64,000 nucleotides of DNA from an uncultured Rubrobacteraceae bacterium (GTDB lineage: Bacteria; Actinomycetota; Rubrobacteria; Rubrobacterales; Rubrobacteraceae). The DNA lies in the NCBI GenBank assembly GCA_902806085.1, contig CADCVH010000031.1:15950-79949 (forward strand). Reading direction: 5' to 3'. Every line of letters starts with the position of its first letter. Position 1 is the stretch's first letter. Shown here one piece after another: positions 9,351 to 18,533 of the stretch. The notes under the pieces were generated by a model. That model was not told the origin of the DNA. It saw nothing but the letters and a program-made list of their open reading frames with translations, and made no database searches. The position numbers and the translations under genes are program-made.

Positions 9351-10354
9351 CGGGACTGATAGTGCTAGGGATACTGGCGTTCGTGGTGTTCCTGGTGGCA
9401 GCGAGGAGCGTCAGGATCATCCCCCAGAGCCGCGTGGCGATAGTGCAGCGGCTGGGCAGGTACCACAGGACGGCCGAGAGCGGGCTGACCTTCGTCGTGC
9501 CCGTGGTCGACCAGATGTTACCCAAGACCGACCTCAGGGAGCAGGTGATAGCGTTCCAGCCCCAGGCGGTCATCACCAACGACAACGTGGGGATGCAGAT
9601 CTCGACCGTCGTCTACTACCAGGTCGTGGACGCGAGGGCTTCGGAGTACGAGGTCGCCAACTTCCACCTCGCGCTGGAGCAGATCACCCAGACCACGCTC
9701 AGGAACGTCATAGGCAACCTCATACTGGACAAGACCCTCACCTCCCGGGACGAGATCAACGGCAAGCTCCGGACGATCCTGGACGAGGTCACGGAGAAGT
9801 GGGGCATCCGGGTCACGAGGGTCGAGCTCAAGGAGATCACGCCCCCAAGGGACATCCAGCAGGCGATGGAGAAGCAGATGCAGGCCGAGCGGACCCGCCG
9901 CGCCGCTATCCTGACCGCCGAGGGCGACAAGCGCGCCGCGATCCTGCAGGCCGAGGGCGCCAAGGAGTCGGCGATACTTAAGGCCGAGGGCGAACAGAAG
10001 TCCGCGGTCCTGCGCGCCGAGGGCGAGGCGGAGGCCTACCGCAACGTCCAGGCCGCCCAGATCGAGATGACCGGCGCCCTCTTCGAGCGCCTGGAGGACA
10101 GCGACCTCTCCCCCGAGTCGCTCCGCTACCTCTACCTAAAGGCCCTCCCCGAGATGGCCCAGGGTCCGGCCAGCAAGCTCTTCGTCGTCCCCTCCGAGAT
10201 CCAGGACCTCGCCGGCACCATCGGCGCCCTCGCCGGCGGCGCCAGCATGGCCTCCGAAGACGCCCACAAGGAAGACGAAAAGCCGCGCCGCCTCACCGCC
10301 CCGAACGGCGAGGCGGGCCGCCGGAGCCTGGAGCCCCGCCCGGCGGCCGAATAG
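9347..10354 (+). CDS. qmcA: SPFH/band 7 (stomatin/QmcA-like) protein
   Basis: DLREQV, ITNDNV, TTLRNVIG, KWGIRVTRVELK, AMEKQMQAER. Confidence 0.9.
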   Translation: MTGLIVLGILAFVVFLVAARSVRIIPQSRVAIVQRLGRYHRTAESGLTFVVPVVDQMLPKTDLREQVIAFQPQAVITNDNVGMQISTVVYYQVVDARASEYEVANFHLALEQITQTTLRNVIGNLILDKTLTSRDEINGKLRTILDEVTEKWGIRVTRVELKEITPPRDIQQAMEKQMQAERTRRAAILTAEGDKRAAILQAEGAKESAILKAEGEQKSAVLRAEGEAEAYRNVQAAQIEMTGALFERLEDSDLSPESLRYLYLKALPEMAQGPASKLFVVPSEIQDLAGTIGALAGGASMASEDAHKEDEKPRRLTAPNGEAGRRSLEPRPAAE

Positions 10355-10391
10355 AAACGCCGCAACGCCCGACGCCTGGTGCGGATGCAAC

Positions 10392-10430
10392 CGCCGCGAG
10401 GCCCCCCGTTCTCCGGGAGGCCTCGCGGCG
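10392..10430. terminator. Hairpin between convergent genes (probable bidirectional terminator)
   Basis: Perfect 12-bp inverted repeat cgccgcgaggcc / ggcctcgcggcg. Confidence 0.6.
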
Positions 10431-10462
10431 TGGTGTCTGCTTTTAGAGTGCGGCTGACGGCC

Positions 10463-11671
10463 CTATTTCGTGCGGGCGTGTTGCCCGAAGAAGCGGACCA
10501 TCTCGGCGGAGGCGTCGGGGCCCTTGGGGTCGGTGTAGGAGCCGGGGTGGCCGCCGCCGGACCACGCGTGGGCGAGGCCGTGGACGGACCAGCGCTCGAC
10601 CATCGGGCGGCCGTCCGCGTCCTTGTAGGAGATGCGGGTGAAGGCGTGGCCGTCGGGCTTTCTTCCCTGGCGGGTCGAGACTTTGAGGGACGAGCCGTCG
10701 CCGGCGGTGAGGTGGGCGAGCAGGCGGTCGCCGTTGCGCGGGTGGACGGTGCCGTCCCGGTCGCCGTGGAAGACGATGGTCGGCACGACTCCCGCCTGCC
10801 CGTTTGAACTGGCCCGCGGCATCGGGGTTCCGGGGTTGCCCTGGCGCATCGCGGAGAACGCGGAGGGCATGTCGTGGGCGGAGCCGGGGGCCAGGCCCGA
10901 ATGGACGCCGACGGCGGCGTACAGGTCCGGGTAGGTCGCGCCCATGATCGCGGCCATGGCCCCGCCGGCCGACATCCCCGCCACGTAGACCCGGCCCTCG
11001 TCGACCTCGTAGTCCTCGATCACCTGCTGCGTGATCCCGGCGATGATGGCCGGCTCACCCCGGCCGCGCTGCTGGTCGGCGGCCTGGAACCAGTTCCAGC
11101 ACTTCTGCATGTTGGCGCTGTTGGTCTGCGCGGGATAGGCCACCAGAAAGCCGTGCTCCTCTGCGAGCGCGTTCATGCGGGTGCCGGCGGCGAAGTCGTC
11201 GGGGTCCTGGGTGCACCCGTGCAGCATCACGACCAGCGGCACCGCCTCCCCGGCGTAGCCCGTCGGGACGTAGAGCTTGTAGGAACGCCCCCCGGCCGCG
11301 CCGCTGTACGACCGCGCCTCGAACCGACCACCGGCCCGCGCCCCGGTTTGCGCGCCGGCCGCGCCCCCGGCGTTCCCCGCGGAGGGGTGCCTCACGCCGC
11401 GGGAGCGCAGGTTCGGCCCCGTCCCCCTGCGCGGCGCCGGGCCCTGCGGCGTCTCCCTCAAGAGCTGGGAGGTCACGTCTATGGGACCGTTCGTCCCGCC
11501 CGCCCCGAAGTTGGGGAACGCCCCTAGATTGGGGAACGATCCCAGGCTGGGGGACGCCGCCGGGAGGGAGCTGCCGAGGGCGCTCTGGATCATGGAGGCC
11601 GCCTCGTCGAGTCGTCCCTCCTGCGTGAGGCGCGTCGCCTCCGCCATGCGTGCCTGTATGGTTTCGTTCAT
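10463..11671 (-). CDS. PHB-depolymerase family esterase (LpqC-like) with N-terminal extension
   Basis: VMLHGCTQ, GMSAGG (GxSxG), HGDRD, HAWSGG; cytoplasmic-looking N-terminus with no signal peptide. Confidence 0.88.
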   Translation of the reverse strand: MNETIQARMAEATRLTQEGRLDEAASMIQSALGSSLPAASPSLGSFPNLGAFPNFGAGGTNGPIDVTSQLLRETPQGPAPRRGTGPNLRSRGVRHPSAGNAGGAAGAQTGARAGGRFEARSYSGAAGGRSYKLYVPTGYAGEAVPLVVMLHGCTQDPDDFAAGTRMNALAEEHGFLVAYPAQTNSANMQKCWNWFQAADQQRGRGEPAIIAGITQQVIEDYEVDEGRVYVAGMSAGGAMAAIMGATYPDLYAAVGVHSGLAPGSAHDMPSAFSAMRQGNPGTPMPRASSNGQAGVVPTIVFHGDRDGTVHPRNGDRLLAHLTAGDGSSLKVSTRQGRKPDGHAFTRISYKDADGRPMVERWSVHGLAHAWSGGGHPGSYTDPKGPDASAEMVRFFGQHARTK

Positions 11672-11699
11672 CGGGTGTTGCCCCTCTCGGTTAGATAGG

Positions 11700-12092
11700 T
11701 TATGAAGATCGGATCCTGCCGGCCAGCGCCGACTTTACGGCCGGGCTCGCCCTGAGCGCCCCCAGCACGACGAGCGAGTCGATGGTCTGGAGGGCGAGCT
11801 CCGGGCTGACGTCGTCGGCGATGCTCGCCAGGCCCAGAACCTTGATCTCTAAAGTCTCCCCGGCGTCGCGGACCGCCTCGAGGTCGCGCCGGGTGTAGTT
11901 CTCCAGCCCGAGCACCAGCGTCTTGCGGGCGACCGTCTGCCTCACCACCTCCGCGTGCGTTGAGAGCTGGTTGCGTATCGCCGTCCGGATAAAGTCCGTC
12001 CGGTTCGAGTAGAACCCCTCCTGCACCAGCAGGTCCACCTGCCCCAGATCCACCAGCCCTAGATTGATCGTGATCTTTTCCGTCTCGCTCAT
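11700..12092 (-). CDS. CopG/ribbon-helix-helix transcriptional regulator with C-terminal domain
   Basis: KITINL strand, then DLLVQEGFYSNRTDFIRTAIR (RHH); directly upstream of the esterase. Confidence 0.85.
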   Translation of the reverse strand: MSETEKITINLGLVDLGQVDLLVQEGFYSNRTDFIRTAIRNQLSTHAEVVRQTVARKTLVLGLENYTRRDLEAVRDAGETLEIKVLGLASIADDVSPELALQTIDSLVVLGALRASPAVKSALAGRIRSS

Positions 12093-12127
12093 CCCAACCG
12101 ATCCCTACGCTCCAGTACTCCGTATAA

Positions 12128-12167
12128 CATCCATATGGATGGTACATGGAAGTTGTACAGATGTCAA
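12128..12167 (-). promoter_or_regulatory. Sigma70-type promoter with overlapping palindromic operator
   Basis: Minus strand TTGACA (12167-12162), 17 nt, TACCAT (12144-12139); perfect palindrome CATCCATATGGATG at 12128-12141. Confidence 0.75.
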
Positions 12168-12347
12168 TCGGAGATGGGGGGTCGCGGCGGTGCTGCGGAT
12201 CGTTGTCTTTCGTGACGCAGGCTCGTGGGGACGGGTCTGGGGTCTGCGTGGGGTGCGTGAAACTTTTGTCGGGGATACGGGTATCAGTGGTGGTGTCTGG
12301 TAGGGTCTTCGCGATGGGGGCCTTCGGTTGTTTTCTGTGGAGGGTTC

Positions 12348-12974
12348 GTGCCTGGCGACATAGGACAGTGGGTTCTGGATGTGATCGGGGCGCTCGGCTA
12401 CCTGGGGCTTGCGTTGCTCCTGATAGCCGAGAATTTGTTCCCGCCGATCCCTTCTGAGGTCGTGCTGCCGCTGGCCGGGTTCCTGGTGGGGCGGGGTGAC
12501 CTGAGCCTGTGGGGGGCGCTGGCCGCGGCCACCCTCGGGAGCGTGGCGGGGGCGCTGATCCTGTACGGGATGGGGCGGTGGGGGGGACGCCCGCTCGTTC
12601 TCCGCTACGGCAAATGGCTGCGGGTGGACGAGAAGGGGTTGCGGACTTCCGAGGGCTGGTTCAGGCGCTACGGGGACTGGGTCGTGCTCTTCGCCAGGGT
12701 CGTGCCCGTCGCCAGGAGCATCGTCTCGATCCCGGCTGGGACCATGGAGATGCCCGTCTTGCGGTTCACCCTCCTGACGACCCTGGGCTCGGCCGTCTGG
12801 AACGCGATCCTTATCGGGGCCGGCGTGTTCCTCGGGGCGAACTGGCAGGCGGTCGAGGGGTGGATGGGCTCGTACTCGAACGTGGTGCTCGTCGTGGGCG
12901 CCGTGGCCGTCGCGCTCTTCCTCGTCTGGCGGCATTTCAGAGGCGGGTACCGGAAGCAGAAGGGTCGCCCGTAG
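12348..12974 (+). CDS. dedA: DedA family membrane protein
   Basis: ENLFPPIPSEVVLP, F.RYG, ARVVPVARSIVSIPAG motifs. Confidence 0.92.
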   Translation: MPGDIGQWVLDVIGALGYLGLALLLIAENLFPPIPSEVVLPLAGFLVGRGDLSLWGALAAATLGSVAGALILYGMGRWGGRPLVLRYGKWLRVDEKGLRTSEGWFRRYGDWVVLFARVVPVARSIVSIPAGTMEMPVLRFTLLTTLGSAVWNAILIGAGVFLGANWQAVEGWMGSYSNVVLVVGAVAVALFLVWRHFRGGYRKQKGRP

Positions 12975-13064
12975 GGGCTCCGGCCGCGTGGGATGGATGA
13001 CATCCCGCGGTCCCGCGTTCACGCTACCATGTAAACAGAGGCGGCGGCTAGGCGGAGGAGAGAG

Positions 13065-13955
13065 ATGAACGTCCTGATCAGCGGCGCGACGGGCCTCATA
13101 GGGTCGGCCCTCATCCCCGAGTTGGAAGCCGGCGGCCATAAAGTTACCCGCCTGAGCAGGTCGCAGAGGGGCCACGGCACGATCCGTTGGGACCCTGAGG
13201 CCGGCACGATAGACGGGGACCTCGAAGGGACCGAAGCCGTCGTCCACCTCGCCGGCGAGAGCATCGCCCAGGGACGCTGGAACCCCGAGAAAAAGCGGCG
13301 CATCCTAAGGAGCCGGGTGAACGGAACGCGCCTGCTCGCGGAGAAGGTCGCCGCGCTCGGGACGCCGCCCAAAGTCATGGTCTCGACCTCGGCCGTCGGG
13401 TACTACGGCGACCGGGGCGACGAGGTCCTGACCGAAGAGAGCGCCTCCGGCACGGACTTTCTGGCCGGGGTGTGCCGGGAGTGGGAGGCGGCGGCCGAAC
13501 CGGCGCGGCGGGCCGGGATCCGGGTGGTGCACCCGAGGATCGGCATCGTGCTCAGCCCGAGAGGCGGCGCGCTCGGTACGACGCTCCCCATCTTCAAGCT
13601 GGGCGGGGGAGGGAAGATCGGGGACGGCAACCAGTGGTGGAGCTGGGTCGCCCTCGACGACGTCGTCGGATCCATCGTCCACGCCCTCACGCACGAGAAC
13701 GTCGAAGGCCCGGTAAACGTGGGCGCGCCCAACCCCACGACCAACGCCGGGTACACCAAGGTCCTCGGCAAGGTCCTGGGGCGGCCGACGGTTCTGCCGC
13801 TCCCGGCCCCCGCCGCCCGGGTGATGCTAGGCGAGGTGGCCGACGCCCTGCTCCTGGCGAGCCAGCGCATGCGGCCCGCAAAACTGGAAGACACGGACTA
13901 CGCTTTCCGTTACCCGCAACTCGAAGGGGCGCTCCGGCACCTGCTCGGCCGGTAG
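13065..13955 (+). CDS. TIGR01777-type NAD-dependent epimerase-like oxidoreductase
   Basis: GATGLIG, VHLAGESIA, SAVGYYG, GNQWWSWVALDD, GPVN, LLASQR; strong SD. Confidence 0.9.
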   Translation: MNVLISGATGLIGSALIPELEAGGHKVTRLSRSQRGHGTIRWDPEAGTIDGDLEGTEAVVHLAGESIAQGRWNPEKKRRILRSRVNGTRLLAEKVAALGTPPKVMVSTSAVGYYGDRGDEVLTEESASGTDFLAGVCREWEAAAEPARRAGIRVVHPRIGIVLSPRGGALGTTLPIFKLGGGGKIGDGNQWWSWVALDDVVGSIVHALTHENVEGPVNVGAPNPTTNAGYTKVLGKVLGRPTVLPLPAPAARVMLGEVADALLLASQRMRPAKLEDTDYAFRYPQLEGALRHLLGR

Positions 13956-14035
13956 CCGGTTTCGAGCGTGGTTCGCGGCGCGTATCATAAAGAGGATCGC
14001 TTGGCGAAAGGCCACCAGAGAGGCGAGGTTACCGC

Positions 14036-14599
14036 ATGACCGTGCAGCCGAAGACCGTCACGGCCGAGGAGCTCCTGAACCTGCCGGACGACGGCACGCG
14101 CCGCGAACTGGTGAGGGGGGAGTTGAGGGAGATGGCGCCGGCAGGAAGCGAGCACGGGTACGTGGCAGGGGAAATATTTGGGGAGCTTAGAAACCACGTC
14201 AAAGCCAACGGGCTCGGACGAACGTACACGGCCGAGACGGGGTTCAAGATCTCCTCCGACCCCGACACCGTGCGCGCACCGGACGCAGCTTTCGTGGGCC
14301 AGGCACGGCTCGAAAGGATGGGTGAGGTCTCGGGCTATTGGCCTGGCGTCCCGGACCTCGTGGTCGAGGTGGTATCGCCGAACGACAGGAGCTCCGAAGT
14401 GTTGGACAAGGCGCTCGACTGGTTGGAGGCCGGCTGCCGCATGGTCCTCGTGGCCCACCCGGAGAGGCGCGCCGTTACGGTGTACCGCTCTCGCGAGGAC
14501 ATCCGCGTCCTCACGGCCGATGCCGGTGACGTTGTGGACGGGGCCGACGTCGTGCCCGGCTGGAGGCTGTCCCTGGCCGAGATCTTCGCGCAAGGATAA
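14036..14599 (+). CDS. Uma2 (DUF820) PD-(D/E)xK endonuclease-like protein
   Basis: ELVRGEL..M.PAGSEHG, RAPDAAFV, PDLVVEVVSP. Confidence 0.88.
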   Translation: MTVQPKTVTAEELLNLPDDGTRRELVRGELREMAPAGSEHGYVAGEIFGELRNHVKANGLGRTYTAETGFKISSDPDTVRAPDAAFVGQARLERMGEVSGYWPGVPDLVVEVVSPNDRSSEVLDKALDWLEAGCRMVLVAHPERRAVTVYRSREDIRVLTADAGDVVDGADVVPGWRLSLAEIFAQG

Positions 14600-14608
14600 G
14601 AGGACAGC

Positions 14609-15067
14609 TTGAACCACGAGCGTTTCATGCGGCGGGCCATCGAGATCGCACGCGGCAACCCGGACGCGCCGTTCGGGTGCGTCATCGCGGACGGGGAGAC
14701 GGGTGAAATCCTGGCCGAAGGCCTCAACGACGCCCAGAAGAGCCCCATCCTGCACGGCGAGACGGCCGCCGTCATGGACCTCGTAGAGAAGCGGCCGGAC
14801 GTGGACCCGGCCGGCCTCGTCCTCTACACGACCGCCGAGCCCTGCCCGATGTGCTCCGGCGCGATCCTCTGGAGCGGCATCCCCCGGGTCGTCCTAGGCA
14901 CCCGCCTCGAGACGCTCAAAGGCCTCGGGTTTCCGCACATAGACCTGTCGAGCACCGAGGTCTCCGCCCGCTGCTCCTTCGGCGGCTTCGAGGTCGTCCA
15001 CGGCGTTCTCCAGACGGAGTGCGACGCGCTCTTCGAGGGGCTGGCGCGCCGGGCGGACGGTTCCTAG
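14609..15067 (+). CDS. Nucleoside/cytidine-deaminase family protein
   Basis: PFG.VI, HGE, EPCPMC zinc motifs. Confidence 0.85.
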   Translation: MNHERFMRRAIEIARGNPDAPFGCVIADGETGEILAEGLNDAQKSPILHGETAAVMDLVEKRPDVDPAGLVLYTTAEPCPMCSGAILWSGIPRVVLGTRLETLKGLGFPHIDLSSTEVSARCSFGGFEVVHGVLQTECDALFEGLARRADGS

Positions 15068-16110
15068 CCCTGGATCTCCGCCCCGAAGCCGGCATCCCGT
15101 AGCATCTGGCGCGCCCCGGGCGCCGCCTTCGCGTCGAGCGTCAGGACGAGGGCGGCGCGTTCGGTGTTGGAGTGGCGGACGTAGAGGTCGAGGATGTTTA
15201 TGCCGTTGGAGCCCATGAGGGTCGTGACCTCGGCGAAGACGCCGAGGCGGTTCTCGACAGGGATGGCGACGTCCACGTTCTCGCCGCTCTTCTCGACCAG
15301 GATGCCGCCGAGGGCGTCGTAGGCCTCGCGGGCGGCCAGGAAGCGGTTCTCGATGGCTTTGCGGTCCTTGATCTCGCTCCCCAACTGGGCCATCGCCCCC
15401 GCGAAGTGGGCCAACGCCTCGCCCAGGGCCGGCGCGTTCTCCGCCAGTATGTCCGACCAGAGGCCGGGGTTGGACGCCCCGACCCGCGTCAGGTCCCGGA
15501 AGGACGGCCCGGCGAAAGAGAGCGCCTCAGGCGAGATGTCCGAGGCGACCTTGAGGAGCGCCGCGGCCATGAGGTGCGGCAGGTGCGAGAGGGCCGCCAT
15601 AAGGAGGTCGTGCTTCTCGGGGTCGACAGCAGTTGGGACGGCGCCGAGCTCGCGCACGAATCCGGCTACCTCGCGGTAGTCGTTCGGGTCCGTCTTCTGC
15701 GTGGGCGTGAGGAAGTAGCGGGCGCCGTTGAAGAGGTCCGGCTTCGCGTTGGCGACGCCGGCGAGCTGGCTCCCTGCCATCGGGTGCCCGCCGACGAAGC
15801 GCAGGGCGTTCTCTTCCGCCTCGCTCACGATGGCGTTTTTGGCGCTGGCGACGTCGGTGACGAGGGCGTCGGTGGGGGCGAGGTCCGAGAGGAGGGCCGT
15901 CACCTTCGAGATGGGCGCGGCCAGCACGACGAGGTCCGCGCCCCGCGCCTCATCGAGCGTCGAGGGGCTGTCTATTGCCCCGAGCTCGACGGCCTTTTCG
16001 AGCACACCGGGGTCGTCCACGCCGACGACCTCCCAGCCGGCCATCCGGGCGGCGAGTCCTACGGAGCCCCCGATCAGGCCGACCCCGACGATACCGAGCG
16101 CGCGGCTCAG
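15064..16110 (-). CDS. tyrA: Prephenate dehydrogenase with C-terminal ACT domain
   Basis: GVGLIGGS, GGHPMAGS, SHLPH, RDLTRV, ACT region ENRLGVFAEV. Start uncertain: CTG 16110 or GTG 16170. Confidence 0.9.
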   Translation of the reverse strand: MSRALGIVGVGLIGGSVGLAARMAGWEVVGVDDPGVLEKAVELGAIDSPSTLDEARGADLVVLAAPISKVTALLSDLAPTDALVTDVASAKNAIVSEAEENALRFVGGHPMAGSQLAGVANAKPDLFNGARYFLTPTQKTDPNDYREVAGFVRELGAVPTAVDPEKHDLLMAALSHLPHLMAAALLKVASDISPEALSFAGPSFRDLTRVGASNPGLWSDILAENAPALGEALAHFAGAMAQLGSEIKDRKAIENRFLAAREAYDALGGILVEKSGENVDVAIPVENRLGVFAEVTTLMGSNGINILDLYVRHSNTERAALVLTLDAKAAPGARQMLRDAGFGAEIQG

Positions 16111-17165
16111 GAGACGGCCCCTATCACCCGGTCGTTCTCCTCGGAGCGGCCGACCGTTACCCGGCTCCACCCCGGGTACCCCAGGGCGCCGCCCTCCCTG
16201 ACCAGGATACCGGACCTCTCGAACTCATCGGCCCCGAACCGGACCATCACGAAGTTTCCCTGCGAGGGGATAAAGTCCAGGTTCGCGGCGCCGAACGCCT
16301 CCTGCAGCCTGCCGCGCTCCCGGATCGCGAACTCTGCCCGCGCCCGGACCTTCTCCCGCGCGAGCATCGAGGCCGTGGCCGCCACCTGGGCCGCCAGGTT
16401 CACGGAGACCGGGAACCTGACCCTCTCGGCGTAGTCGGCGACCCTCTCGGACGAGATCCCGTACCCCACCCTCAGCCCCGCGAGGCCGTGCGCCTTGGAG
16501 AAAGTCCTCGCCACGACGACGTTCCCGCCTTCGAGGGCGAGCGCGTGGGAGTCTTTGTAGAGCGGGTCGTCCACGAACTCCACGTAGGCTTCGTCCAGGA
16601 TCAAGAGCACATCATCGGGCAACTCGCCGGCGAAACCCCGCACCTCGGAGAGCGGGAGGTAGGTGCCGCTGGGGTTGTTGGGGTTGCACAGGATCACGGC
16701 GCGCGTCTCGTCGGTCAACGCGGAGAGCATCGCCTCCGCCGGCAGCCCATTGTCTCTGGTGAGGGGAACCGGGCGGGTCTTCATGCCAAGGACGGCGCAG
16801 AGCATCGGATAGAGGCTGAAGGACGGCCAGGGGAAGACCACCTCGCCGCCCGCCGGCAGGAGTTGCAGCGCGTTCAGCAGGACCTCGCTCGACCCGTTGC
16901 CGACCATCACGTTGGCCGTCTCGACCCCAGCGTTTGCCTCGGCGATAACCTCTCGAAGACGCGAGACGTGGCTGTCCGGGTAGCGGTTGGCGCGGGGCAG
17001 GGCTTCGGAGAGGGCGGCCTCCGCTTCGGGGAGCGGCCCGAAGGCGAGCTCGTTGGAGGTCAGCTTCGCGTAGTCGTCGGCCCGGCCCTCGGCGGCCATC
17101 CGCCAGGACTTCGGGGGGACGTAGGTTTGCAGCGAATCGAGTTCGGGGCGAAAGGTTACAGGCAT
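16107..17165 (-). CDS. hisC: Histidinol-phosphate / aromatic aminotransferase
   Basis: SNE, RYP, GNGS.E, NPNNPSG, DEAY, RTFSKAHGLAGLRVGY (PLP lysine). Confidence 0.9.
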   Translation of the reverse strand: MPVTFRPELDSLQTYVPPKSWRMAAEGRADDYAKLTSNELAFGPLPEAEAALSEALPRANRYPDSHVSRLREVIAEANAGVETANVMVGNGSSEVLLNALQLLPAGGEVVFPWPSFSLYPMLCAVLGMKTRPVPLTRDNGLPAEAMLSALTDETRAVILCNPNNPSGTYLPLSEVRGFAGELPDDVLLILDEAYVEFVDDPLYKDSHALALEGGNVVVARTFSKAHGLAGLRVGYGISSERVADYAERVRFPVSVNLAAQVAATASMLAREKVRARAEFAIRERGRLQEAFGAANLDFIPSQGNFVMVRFGADEFERSGILVREGGALGYPGWSRVTVGRSEENDRVIGAVS

Positions 17166-17166
17166 G

Positions 17167-17376
17167 AGGTTCCAAGGCTTAAGGCTTTGAGGTTTTGGGT
17201 CATCGGGCTTTAGCTTTCGGGTCGTTGTGGCAAATATTGGCCGCTAAAGACTAAGCCGGTTACGCCAAGGTTGCAAACGGGGTTCGCGCCTCAGGCGCGT
17301 CCCGATGTCCGGCACCCGTCTCCAAAACCTCAAAACCTCTAGCCTCAAAACCTCAAAGCCTTAAAACCTTGAACCT
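17167..17376. repeat. Intergenic element bounded by inverted AGG-7/8-mer arrays (copy 2)
   Basis: Left arm aggttcc aaggctt aaggctttg aggttttg ggtcatcgg; right arm caaaacct caaaacct ctagcct caaaacct caaagcct taaaacct tgaacct (7 units). Confidence 0.8.
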
Positions 17377-17398
17377 GCGCTGCTACAATCCCACACCT

Positions 17399-17695
17399 AT
17401 GACGGACGCGGAGAGACAGGCGAAGGTTCAAGAGCTTCGGGAGCGGGTCGACGAGGTGGATCTGGAGTTGATCCGCGCCTTGAGCGAGCGGGCGCAGATC
17501 GTCCAGGACCTCGCCCGGATAAAGTTCGAGGCCGGGGTACCCATCTTCGACCCCAAGCGCGAGGAAGAGATCTTGCGGAGGGTCGTCGAGCAGAACCCGG
17601 GCCCGATCTACGACTCCTCCATGCGCGAGATCTTCGAGCTGATCCTGCACCGCATCCGCGACCTTGAGATACAACGCGGGGAGTTTCAGAGGTAG
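17399..17695 (+). CDS. aroQ: Monofunctional chorismate mutase (AroQ)
   Basis: LRERVDEVD..L...L.ERA, K, P.REEE.L; ATG 9 nt after TGcTACAAT. Confidence 0.88.
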   Translation: MTDAERQAKVQELRERVDEVDLELIRALSERAQIVQDLARIKFEAGVPIFDPKREEEILRRVVEQNPGPIYDSSMREIFELILHRIRDLEIQRGEFQR

Positions 17696-17697
17696 GC

Positions 17698-18510
17698 ATG
17701 GACGTTTCTCAGACCGTAAAGACGGACGTAAAGACCACCAACGGCATGATCCGGCCCGGCACCTTCCGGGTGATCGCCGGCCCCTGCACGGTCGAGAGCT
17801 ACGACCAGTTCGTCGCCTCGGCGACGGCCGTGAAGGAAGCGGGCTTCGAGTACGTCCGCGGCGGCGCCTTCAAGCCGCGCACCTCCCCCTACTCCTTCCA
17901 GGGCCTCGGCGAGGAGGGCCTGAAGATCATGTCCGAGGTCGCCGGCGAGTTGGGCCTCAAGGTGGTCACCGAGATCATGGACCCCTACGACATCGACCTC
18001 GTGATGGAGCACGCCCAGATCCTCCAGATCGGCGCCCGCAACATGGCTAATTTCTCTCTCTTGAAGCGCGTCGGCGCCGCCATCGCCGGCACGGACCACG
18101 GCGTGCTGCTCAAGCGCGGCCTCTCGTCGACGGTGCAGGAGTGGATCCTGGCCGCCGAGTACGTGACGGCCGCGGGCGGGGACAACGTGGTGCTCTGCGA
18201 GCGGGGCATCCGCACGTTCGAGCCCGCCACCCGCTTCACGCTCGACCTCTCCGCCGTGATCGTGGCGAAGAGGCTCACGGACCTGCCCGTGATCGTGGAC
18301 CCCTCCCACGCGGCCGGCCGGCGCGACCTCGTGGTCCCCCTCAGCAAGGCCTCGGTCGCCGCGGAGGCGGACGGCCTGATGGTCGAGAGCCACCACGACC
18401 CCCAGGAGGCCCTCTGCGACGGCGAGCAGGCGCTGCCCGTCGAGGCGCTCCTTGGCTTGAAAGAGGAGCTCACCCCCTTCGCCGGCGCGATGGGCCGGGA
18501 GGTCATCTAG
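17698..18510 (+). CDS. aroF: DAHP synthase (class I-beta, catalytic domain only)
   Basis: IAGPCTVES, RGGAFKPRTSPYSFQG, QIGARNM, LLKRG, CERGIRTFE, DPSH. Confidence 0.95.
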   Translation: MDVSQTVKTDVKTTNGMIRPGTFRVIAGPCTVESYDQFVASATAVKEAGFEYVRGGAFKPRTSPYSFQGLGEEGLKIMSEVAGELGLKVVTEIMDPYDIDLVMEHAQILQIGARNMANFSLLKRVGAAIAGTDHGVLLKRGLSSTVQEWILAAEYVTAAGGDNVVLCERGIRTFEPATRFTLDLSAVIVAKRLTDLPVIVDPSHAAGRRDLVVPLSKASVAAEADGLMVESHHDPQEALCDGEQALPVEALLGLKEELTPFAGAMGREVI

Positions 18511-18533
18511 TCCCGCCGGGCCCCGGGAGCGCC

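Noticed and set aside
14036-15067. Uma2 nuclease plus deaminase as an anti-phage system
   Set aside because: Both are common stand-alone families, there is no defence-island context, and adjacency alone is not enough.
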